Made by a program: the position numbers and the translations under genes. Shown here piece after piece: positions 28,779 to 39,755 of a stretch of 64,000 bases of DNA. How positions within the stretch are numbered: position 1 is the first letter of the stretch; each line of letters begins with the position of its first letter. The stretch lies in the NCBI GenBank assembly GCA_025786725.1, contig JAHLTZ010000003.1:124001-188000 (forward strand), given 5' to 3'. The stretch is from Syncephalis fuscata S228. Taxonomy: Eukaryota > Fungi > Zoopagomycota. The notes beneath the pieces were generated by a model, which worked only from the letters and a program-made list of their open reading frames with translations, made no database searches and was not told the DNA's origin.

Positions 28779-29331
28779 ATAATTAAACATTACTGGTATA
28801 GCCATTAACAGCCAATTATACCGCCAATGTATTTCTATACAATAAATAAAATCATGTATAAGTTGCTGTTGTATACGTGCATTTTGGCGTTTTTGTGATG
28901 TGAGTTTAATATAATTAGTATAAAAGTTGTTTATTAAACAGGCACTTCCCTATAGCCAATCTGACTAAATAAATGGCAATTCGAACAATTAATATCATAA
29001 TGACAATGTATATATATTAAGCAATAATAAAAATAACTAACTAATTACATTATTATACTGATAATTACACATGAATGAACTAATGTTGGATGTAATATTA
29101 TACATGTTATAGAAATGAATAGTGTTTATCGATTGTGATATTTAAAAATGCTATACACTAATATACTCAATTGTTCATTTAAACACTAATAGATTTGTAG
29201 CACCACAACGGATATTTTAATTTAAAATCAATTAAAATACAACTTAACAGTACTTGACTGTAATGTAAAGAAAAACAAAAAATTACTTGGTATTAAGCCA
29301 AATAACACTAATTGCAGTTAACACTATTCTT

Positions 29332-32300
29332 TCAATGGTGTTGCAAAGCATGCATAAGATCCACAGCTGACAATCCATGATCAACCATATCATGATTAGA
29401 TGCAGCAGGCGTGGTCACGGTAGTTGAGATGTGGCTATTGTTACCACTACTATCATGACCATGACTACTACGTTGAAATGCTTCCTCTAGCTGTTTGACA
29501 AGCAGTGCTTCATTATGATGATCGTGCAACTCATGATCATCATCCATCAGTAAAGCTTGTAGCTGTGCTTCATGATTCGACAAACAGACGGGTGTAGCAG
29601 AATTAATGGCAACAGAATTAGTGTTCGATGTTGGAACACCGCTTAACTCTTGCGTTAGCATCTCCAATTCAGATAGATCCAAAGATTGGAAATGCATATT
29701 ATCGGTGGGTAAACGTAAATAATCCAGGCTATCGGATAGTGAGGCATGGCTAATGGCACCGGCTACCTTGGACGATGCATCTTTCGCTACAATAGCCGTA
29801 TCCGTTAGCGTTGTTGCAGTAGTGCTAGTATTTACTGATTCACCAGTAGAAAGAGCCAATGACATTACATCTGGTGGCGTTGATGCTGGTGTTACACCAA
29901 GTAATGATAGCGTATGGTTTTGACCATCGCCATTACGGCCGTCGTTAGTCTTATTGTGCTCTTCATTGCTAGTCGGTCCATTTGTATCATTTAATGCCAA
30001 TTTAGCACTAATAGACGAAGAAGATGTGGGAGAATGCTGTTGAGCAGCCATAGCTGCTGTCTCAGCCGCCACTCTTATCAATAGTGCCGTTTTACCTCGT
30101 CGTGGTCGCCAATCAAAAGCAAATCGTTTTCTATAAGCATCAACAGCCTTTTGCAGCAACGCTTTACGTCCATTTAATCGAACCGGATTCAATGCCGCCT
30201 AGATTACACGCATATTAGCTTTTATTTTCTTACTAATGCTATCTACTTACTAATTCACATGCTAGTTGATTGCACCGCGTCTCCAGTTCATAGCGCATAC
30301 CAGCGTATTGTTCACGTGGACACAATGCCCGTGGATAAAGAGCATTGGTTCGCCGAAAATCCTCGGTAATGTTATTTAGAGCGGCTTCTTTTTGTGTAGG
30401 ATCGACACGAATACGCACTCGTGTTGATGCACCCTTAATCACGGCTTCAAATACTAAATATTTTGGCACACGTGCAAAACGAGATCTAGCCGCCGACCAT
30501 TCAGTAGAGTCGGCAATAGACGCAACATTAATGGCCGTGTTTATCAAAGCATTGGTCGATAAAGATGATGTTGCATGATTTACTGTTGATTCCAACGGTG
30601 AGGCTGTTTCATTCAAAGTAGCAGGCACGAGTAAATGGGCCGATAACTGCCCAAAATCTGTACTATTCGATAGAATTGATGATGCTGACAATGATAAACT
30701 GATAGATATCGAATTATTATTTGTAGCACTTTCATTTTTGATCAATTTATCATCGCTTATTTCATGTTGTAGCTGATTTTGAATCATTTCATTATCCAAA
30801 AGTGTCGATGGCGTACCAGCCGTGTTAATAGAGGATAAATCCACCGTATCCGTCGTCTTTTTTCTAGACTTTCCTGTTAAACCATCGCTTTCATCACCCA
30901 TTCTACCGTTATCCGTAATAATAGTGGTAGCTGTACTGGTGGCCATTTTCTCTAACCGAGCCACTCGTCGACTTCTCATTGTTCGATATCGATTCCGATA
31001 ACTGTCAACTGCTCGTTGTAGCAATCCACGCTTACCACTCATTACCTCACGATTGAGCCAAGCTAGACGCCAGCCAAGATTATTACACTCGTTCTCATAA
31101 CGCCAGCGATTACCACGATATTCTTCCAATGGTACATCGGCCCGTGGATATAGACAGTTGTCGTGTTTAAATCTTATCGGTATAGTGGCCAGATCAACTG
31201 CATCAATATCTGCCCGCATTCTATAGCATTGATTAGCACCTTTAACACTATACGAAAATTCAATCCATTCAACGCCATCTACCACTTTGGTAATGGGCTG
31301 TGTGGCCGGTAAAGCACGCGGTGGATGGGGATCACCAGTAGGCGGTGGAACAATAGATGGGCCAGTGGTGTAGAAGGTGGTGGTGGTGTGACAAGTCGAC
31401 TTGACTTAGCGCTATGACTAGCTGTAAATAGTGCCGCTGTAGCTGTAGGAATGGCAGTAGTGGCAGTAGCACCACTAGTAACAGCAGCAATGGTACTAGT
31501 AGAAGGAGCGATGGGTGTAGATTTAACTAATTTGATGATTCAATTTACGAGCATTTGTGTCTTTTGATGCAATATTAGACAGATCTGTTGTTGATTTCAA
31601 TAAACGACGACGTGCCCGTGGTGGCTGTAACGATAATTGCTCCCGTTCATGTCTGTTGTTCCATTTGATCGCTTATTGTTGGTAGTTCGTTTAATATCAG
31701 TTGACACACTTGGTATAGCAGGCTGTAATATAGGCAATGATGGTGATGGTAATAGTATGGGCATTGGCTGTGGTATAGTGGATGCAGATACAATACGTCG
31801 ATGAGTTGTACTGGCAATCGATCTACCGGTAGATGGTTTGGCTCGATCAATAGCTGTAGAAGTGGCTGCTGAGGTAAATGCAGCTGGAAAGAATTTCGCA
31901 TTTGGCACTGTTGAGCCGGAGGATGATACAGTGCTGGCTGTTGCTGATGCTGATCTTAAACTACGATGAAGTTGGCTACTATTACTCGTGTGATTAATAG
32001 ACTTGGATACAGGCAATGGCGCTGGTAGTAGCCGTACACGTGGCACCTCTGATCTAGCACTTGATGTAGCGGCGCTGACCACTGATGGAGATGTTGATCG
32101 AGCTGAAGTTGCTGATAATGCGTCCGAGTTAAGTATTTGTCGATGTGGTTGATTTGAGCGTTTAATTGTATTGTTACTTGGATTAGAAGCAATACTACGG
32201 CCTCGTAATGTATTTCTATTCACGGCTATTGGAAGTGATGTGGTGGCGGTCGTTGCTACTTTTACAGGTTGCCGATTATTATTATCGGTGCTTTGCTCAT

Positions 32301-33062
32301 TTTGATTATCATACAATCGCATAGCTTTTTGTACCTCTGCCTCTAATCTGATCAAGGCATCCCATGATAAGTCATTTTTTAGCTGTTCTGCAGTTACTGT
32401 ATTCCAATCTAATGAAATTGATTGACTCAATGGTTCCCTGCTATCTTCTCGGTCTTGTACAGAGTTATTGGAAGAGAATGGCAGGCCAAGCTCATTTTCT
32501 ATATTTGATTGATTAGTTTGAATCATTGGCAGTGCATTTGATAGAGGAGTATTCAATGGTAAAGCTTCCATGCTGTAGTTCATTTGATTAGATATAGTCA
32601 ATTCATCATGATAATCCTGTTGCTGTTGTTGATGTGATATCGATGATGATGATGATGGTGGCGGTGGTGAAGATGACGATGATGATGATGATTGTAATGC
32701 ATTTGAAGTTAATACCGCCAATAAAGCTATCATATTAATAATTGGCGTATTCATTAGTATATCAATATCAATAAAAAGCATTTGACCTACATTCTTCATT
32801 ATTATCATGTTTTTTATGTTGATCAGACTCATTATGAACCCACGCTGCCATAGGATTGATGGCTGATGTCATGGCCATACCAATGGCATTGGTAGTAGCA
32901 CTTGTATTGTCAGCAAGGTCAGTTTCTACAAATTCGGCCATTGCTTTAGCAATATCCTCTTCTACATGTTCGTCATAGTTGTCGACAACGGAAGATGGAT
33001 TATGATGGTGGTGTGGTGGCATCCGGATACGAGGCTTGCTCCTCTTCTGCCGCGGCCATCAT
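29332..33062 (-). CDS. Large low-complexity fungal protein with two copies of a conserved domain of unknown function
   Basis: Domain 1: VEWIEFSYS...NCLYPRA...YRGNRWRYENECNNLGWRLAWLN...GKRGLLQRAVDSYRNR. Domain 2: NALYPRA...YAGMRYELETRCNQLACELAALN...GRKALLQKAVDAYRKR across intron 30199-30250. S/T/Q-rich linkers; start and several frameshifts uncertain. Confidence 0.7.
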
Positions 33063-33831
33063 GCGATGTCGTCATATTGCTGCTACTGTCTATTAGAAAA
33101 GTTATACTACTACTACTACTACTACATTATACTCTACGGCTATTATTTACCTGGTCATCAAAATGTCGCGTCAATAAATTACTGTCACGTTTACTGGAAT
33201 CCAATCTGAAAATCGTCAATGTTTAGTTTTGTCAAATCTATCAGTGCTGTTTCTTTTTTCTCGCATTCTTTCTTGCGCCTGGCTTACCTGTTACGTAAAG
33301 GTAATTCACGTCGATAGACAGGCTAGCGTTTATCGACGTAAGCAGCAGAAGTAAGTAGATGCTGCAATGGTTGCTTAGTGTATGGGTAGAACCCCTGTTA
33401 AAAGACACAGTAAATAGAAGATAGTTCAGCGGGGCACACCATGTCGCTGCGTGCGTGCGTGCGTGAGTGTTGTGTGTAAGGCTGCGTGTAGGAAGAGGGA
33501 GAAAAAAATTAAGAAAAAACGATTTAGATAAAACAATAAAATTTGAGCCAATCATTTGGTCTAGTTTTCAAATTGTTTTCGGTCATTTAATATTCTATAG
33601 ATAGTTTAGTAGGACGGCTAATGACAAGTTGTTTAATGCTTACTTATGCGTTTATGGATAAAGATAAATAAATATAGGTAATATTAGTATATTAAATAAG
33701 TTTCGTTTATTAAAAATAATCTCAAATGATTCCTAGTTGATTTATTTAAGTTTATTAATCAATTATATCAAGTTTAGTTGCTTAAATTATTTAATACACA
33801 AAAATTAAATAGCTAAAATTAATAAAATTAT

Positions 33832-34949
33832 TTAATAAAACAAGTGAAGTACACCAATCGCAACATTAATTAGAAATCCAGCAAAAATGCCTAATATCCA
33901 AACTATAAGTTATTTAATTTAACTACAATGATGACAACTCACCTAGTTTTTGCCGTTGTGTAAACAATGTCTCACGACATAGAATGATTGTAAATAGTCC
34001 ACCAAAAAATCCTACAACAATACCATACAACATAATATTATAAGAGCCTTGAGGCACTATAATCATTATAAATGGTTATCCATTTAGTCTTTACTAGTTC
34101 CAACTACTTACTTCCATCAGGTAATGTATTTGTATTATTCTCAATCCACGCCTCTTCTTCTTCTCGTCGAGCCTGTAAGTCTTCTTCATCTAAATAGTAA
34201 ATAATAGTGTTAGCTGGTTGGTTAAGGATTACGCAAATTAGTAGTTTACCATTTACCGGCTCTGTAGCTGCATCTGTACCGCGTAATTGATGAAACTGCT
34301 CTCGAAGCTGTTCAATATCCTCTTCGGAAAAGCCAGCTTCACGTAATCGATCAAACCCAATAAGCTGTGCTATCTGTTTATTATTATTATTATTATTATT
34401 AAAGGTGGTTGGTACAATACAAATTATTAATACAAAGCAATGTTTAATCAATTTTTACTTGCCGTATTATTGTTGCTACTATCGGCCGCAGGTTCTGGGC
34501 GAGGTACCAGTCGATCAGATATGGCACAATGGATCCATATGTGGTAGGTCCAGAAGCTGGAACAAGTTCACCGATGCGTCGTGATCTGGTAGCTCGCGCC
34601 CTTTATGAATTAAGCGTAAATATTTGCCGTTGAAATGAGGATATGTTTGATAAATCTAAATAACTGTCAATACTCAAAGTGTCAAACTGTTTAAAATAGC
34701 ATTTAACTATCATACATTGTCTCGGATAGCTTGAATAAGTGCACGCGATGGTAGTTCCATAGATAAATCAGATGACCCATCACTAAAGCGCACTTGCAAT
34801 GGAACTGGTACCGAGAGTATTTCATCTGTCGAGCGACCTGAAGGAGCTGCAGGAACAGATATCCTATTTGTTGTGTCGCTACTTGTTCCTGCTCTTTCGG
34901 CAGGGCCTAGCAAGGGCTGATGCGGAAGACTGGAATTGTCATCAGCCAT
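33832..34949 (-). CDS. DSC3: DSC E3 ubiquitin ligase complex subunit 3 (Ubl + DUF2407_C)
   Basis: LQVRFSDG Ubl-like start, WIHCAISD, GFDRLREAGFSEEDIEQLREQFH, EEEAWIE and a C-terminal GFFGGLF / GIFAGFLIN TM pair. Confidence 0.85.
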
Positions 34950-35669
34950 GGTTGTTTAAATAATGCAAGTATGTTTGATATTGGGTACTAAGAATGGAGG
35001 AAGAGTGACGCAATAAATTGTGTGATTTTAAGGCAAAACATATTTCTGTTTTACTTTGACTCCTTATCCTTAAACTGAAGGACAAAAAGATTAATAATTC
35101 GAATAGTAAATCGTCGATCAGCTTTTGCTACTGAGAAGTGCTATATCAACTTTAATTAATTCGAGTGGAGATGAGCCAGTCAGTACTATTTTTAATATCC
35201 GATGTGTTAATAAATGTTAAATGGTATTTTCATGTCACTTACAATAAAATATAATAAATAGGTAAATGCTGATCCATATTATTGTTGCTGTAAAGTATTC
35301 AAAGCATTATAATTTAGTATTTAATGTCACTCACCATCCAGTTCCATGTTTAGTACAACAACAAATGTGTAGTTCAATCAAGTAAAAGATGCCAATTTTG
35401 GTCTTTTGACACTGAATCACATGAGTTTACTAATAAATTATTTAATATTAATAAGCTATTTTACTTTGACTCCTATATTTTTTATTTACTCATTTCACTC
35501 CCTTTTCCTATCGCTATCTTATTGTTGTATTTGATAATATATTATGTGATAATGCCAAATATAACAATATAAATAGCATGCGTATTTAAACATCAATAAA
35601 GAACATTATTCAATTTTAGTCTTTATTTCTTTTATTTTACGTCAACACCTGTTCAAGTAACCTCAACGG

Positions 35670-36096
35670 CATGCCGTATATTTTGGTTACAACTGTCGCC
35701 ACAATCTTCCTGGTGAATACACTCAACCTATCATTATTGCGTATAATGAAGGTAGATTTGCTTCATCAATGGTCGGCAAATAATCTGCACCTACCAAGTT
35801 GATATCAAGAATGCTTAAGAGAATGGTGAACATTAAAAACACTAGTCGTCCTATTTTCTTGTGACCATAGACGAGTATCTTACATCGCAAATATGCCCAA
35901 AATGCAACAGTAGAAGATTGGGAAATACAAGAGACCATTCAGACGCAGAAAACCACACTGTATGTAGTAACAACAACAAAAAATGCGGAATGACATTGAA
36001 TTGTGATTAATAACTTTTATTAATATTCAATCAATCTTTCTGCGCATAGTCAACAACAACAACAACAATAATAATAATCAGCCTCAAATGCGTTAA
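35670..36096 (+). mobile_element. Decayed Fanzor (TnpB/Cas12-like RNA-guided endonuclease) C-terminal fragment, pseudogenised transposon relic
   Basis: 35682-35860 reads ...QPIIIAYNEGRFASSMVGK*SAPTKLISRMLKR. 35855-36007 reads FLVTIDEYLTSQICPKC...HTVCSNNNKKCGMTLNCD. 36022-36096 reads NIQSIFLRIV...QPQMR*. This is the order and spacing of the Fanzor1 AYGxGxF..G..xP, RuvC-II DEYxTS-CxxC, second Cys pair and RuvC-III NRD..NI motifs. Confidence 0.8.
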
Positions 36097-36185
36097 AGTA
36101 ATCAAATGGAAAGATTACAATCGCGTTTTGTTACAATTGACTTCAATTGAAACGAATTTGCTCTGAGGACTCATAATTAGCTCAA
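36097..36185 (+). ncRNA. Candidate Fanzor omegaRNA scaffold / element right end
   Basis: Starts directly after the Fanzor stop. Stem gtaatc (36098-36103) / gattac (36113-36118), and stem cgttt..caattg / caattg-aaacg (36124-36154). Confidence 0.35.
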
Positions 36186-37495
36186 ACAAAAAACAATAAA
36201 TTTCCTTTACACGATATATCTTTTATTTATTTTAGTTAATATTACTGTATAAGGCGTAGAATATAACTGAATTGTATAACTGAATTTATATCACAACAAA
36301 CTGTATAAGTATACTTGGCTATTTGTACGTTAGATTTGCAGTGGCCTTTTTAAAAGTAAATTTACTTAAACAATGATGCTACTAAATTAGTTTTATATAC
36401 AGTCATTATAGTATATAAACATATAAATAAATAAAATTTAAAGCAAATACCATTGATTTAAATAAACAGAAGCAGCAAGAAAATATAAAAAACAAATAAA
36501 TTATTAACAGGAAAATAGCTAATGAGATGACTATTTTAACAAGAAAACACTATAAATAAAACTACTTTATCGTTAATCGCAACAGTGTTGTGAGAAGAAC
36601 TCTAGTAGTTACAAAAGATATTGTATTTCATTGTGTACTTGAAAAATTGATACCTGTTGTAGGCTGCCTGAATATTCTCAAGCACATAGGTGTAATTAAC
36701 GATTTATAGCTGCAAGTTCAACAAACTACAGGCGTACATTGCATCATATACCTGTTTGATTCTATGCATGAGTGCATTGACCATTACTTGTGTTACTGCC
36801 AAATTGATTGATATAGTGAATAAAAGCGCAATACACCAGCATTTTCAGCTCAATGGGCATACCTGCATGCGTGATTGTTGCATGTATATCTAAAATTAGT
36901 ATCATTGCAATACAAGTTACTTGATAGGTTACATTAAGCCATTGATGTCGACACTTATACTTGAAGACAAAGAAAAATATGTAAGCTGAATGTCAATACT
37001 CAGCATCACTAGCTAGGTTGTCACAAGGTCTGTTTCTGTTGTGTTACCCGTGCATAGCAGTGCTTTTTGTCATTGTTCAGCGTTAATAGAAATTAAGATA
37101 ATAGTCTCAATAGCTCATGCAAAGTACTCAGAAAACAAGTATGCGGCAAAACCAACATTGCAATGGGATGTACAATACATGGAATTGCAATGGCGACAGT
37201 CACATTCCTATTGGCAACGCTCACTTCTCTATTGGCTGTACACTAGCAATAAACAAAAACAAGTTTGATAAGAGATGGCGTATAGCATTGAAAAAAGCGC
37301 TCTATTATTATGCACCTTGCACCTGTTTTATAGAGCAAATAATGATGTAATAATCCAAAACAACACATGAACTATCTACATATTCTATTGGTTTAATTCA
37401 AATAATGCATTCTGGTAGTAATGATGCCTTGGCTATTTAAGCAGGCTGACAATTCAAAAAATTGTGTATACTCATACTATTCGACTGTTTCAAAA

Positions 37496-38640
37496 ATGAC
37501 ATTGGAAAACAACATAGGCACTGATTCAAGCTTGGCTCTGAGTTACATCAAGGTATTTATCTGTTCAAGTTTTTTATTACTATATCATTACTGATTAATT
37601 GTGATTTTAATTACAGTTTGATTTGAAAAAGCTTGAAGAAACTGTATTGCGACAAGATTCGTTGGAAAGCAAACTTGAGGCACTGGAACTGCATCTTCAG
37701 GAAAACAACGGATTTACGGACGTACTTGCTTTTGTAAAAGCGATATCGAACTTTGTTTATAAAAGTAGCGAAATGGTACAGCTGAGAAATTACAAGTCAA
37801 ATGGGCAACATTTGGCGACGTACCTAAAGAGCGAGAATACTTTGAGAAGCAGGTTTATTGGCTGAAGAAAGAAAAGGAATTTGAGCAAAAGAGCCTAGAG
37901 CTTTTAAAACAAGAAAAGAACAATTAACTAAACAGTCTGCTTGGGCCCGAGAAGAAGTGGAACATGAAAAGCGGCAACTTCAATGGCAGCGTGAAGCGCA
38001 TGAATACATTGAAAAGCAGAAAACATGGAAAAAAGAAGAAGCCAATGCCAAGTCGCGCAGTAAGGCAAGCAATAAAGAATATGATGATGTATGTAAACAG
38101 TTGAGCGAAGAAAAACTGAAAAATGAAAAGCTGCAACAGCAACAGCAAGAAGAGAAGAAAGATTTGGAGAAGAGAACAAGACAGCTAACTAATTCTGAGG
38201 AAGTGCTCCGTTTTAAACAACGAGATCTGGAGAATAAAGAAAAAGCATATAAAGCTAAGACGGAACAATCCGAAAAACAAGCAACACAGAAACTCGACAG
38301 TAACAAGGCGGTACAAGGCTTGAAAGAAATTGTACTTGCCATGGCTAGGTTCATTGGTCATCTTCAGTACATAGCATTTCAAGCACTTGATGATGGCAAT
38401 GACTACGACACAATGACAAAAACACTTATAGTTCAAACTTTACCGAGATCCATTGTGTTTCATTTTCAAGTGGAAGGTTTAAGAATGCGTTGGCATTCTA
38501 TGCTGCAAATGCTCAAATGCATCGAGGAAGATTTAAAGACCAGACTATCAAAGGTCAAAGTAATTGAGCAAAGACGAGTTGCAGAAGCAATGCAAGTTTC
38601 TAAAAAGTTTTATCCATTACCTGATGATGATAGTGATTAA
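37496..38640 (+). CDS. Hypothetical coiled-coil protein
   Basis: ATG at 37496, intron about 37553-37616, E/K/Q-rich heptad-like sequence. Frameshifts near 37850 and 37945. Confidence 0.6.
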
Positions 38641-39755
38641 TTTTTTTTCGGTTATTTGCAATGACTTATTAATGTTGTCAATTTGGAATCAACTTTTATA
38701 ATAAAGCTTTATTCCTAAGATAATAACTAAGGTATTAATTAAAAGTGCTTAAATTGTTATATTATAAAATACAAACATATTGTCACATGTAATATAATAG
38801 TAATAATTTATTTTTATTACTTCATTTTTCAACATTTATGCTTTTTTTATTATTTATATATATAATAATATTGTTCCATTAATAGTAATAATTTTATTAC
38901 TTCAGTTCACTTTAGCTTATTATCAAAATCTATACAGCTGCAACTTTTGCTATGAATCTCTGATTTAAGCTAGCTTTGAAAGCTAAAGTCAGTATATATT
39001 GAAATTTATTTTAAAACAAAATTTCATTTTAGCAAGCTTGGGCCTAGACGTACACGTGAAATGTAACTGTATAATAACGCTATTTTCCTTTAAATTGTTA
39101 ATCGATAATCTAAAAGCAATATGTTTATTTGTTTGTAAGAAAACAAATAATTTACTGGCATTCCGAGCGTGTTTCAAAAATCACATACCATTAAGGCGAA
39201 AGCCAACTCCAAGGCCTAATTAAGTACTGCGAATCTTAGGCCTGTGACTTTAGTGCATTAACCGATGAGTTGGATCTTTCTACATCCAAACAAAATAATG
39301 GCGTTTTATACTAGCAAAAATGATCTAGAACATTTATTAGTGTGCTATATCTTTCCAAACGTGAACAATTGGCCTGTTTTAAATAAAAATGCTGTGTTGA
39401 CACGCTAAATCGATATCAATATTACAGCTTTAGTCTTTTATCCATTCATTTACTCGACAGTCGAACTATTGGATGTAAAAGCAGTCTCAAAAATGTACAT
39501 TGTGTAACAATTTAGATGTTCAATTGTCCGAGTTGACTAGCTATTATTTAAAGCTTGTTTGAATTACTGAACTTGCCCGAATTAATACATCAATATTTTT
39601 ACCGGTCTTGCTTAACGCCACCTTATTCCTACCCTTATGCCCCTGTTTACGACTCTATTTAGCTTTTGATATTTCTTTATTTCCAAAATCTATCCAATTT
39701 TACGTCTTTATTTCACTTTTGGTTCCTGTATTTTGAACCAGAATCAACTTTTGCC

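Larger units (their letters stand above)
22950..28850 (+). repeat. Tandem duplication of a ~3 kb unit including promoter (about 22950-25760 and 25930-28850)
   Basis: Collinear upstream words (gctgtattgaaag, aaggccttattcaacaa, atgcagcggt, tagacaaggcc) plus the duplicated gene. Confidence 0.85.

Noticed and set aside
35723-35938. 71-aa minus-strand hydrophobic ORF
   Set aside because: Antisense shadow of the Fanzor fragment; the conserved motifs are on the plus strand.
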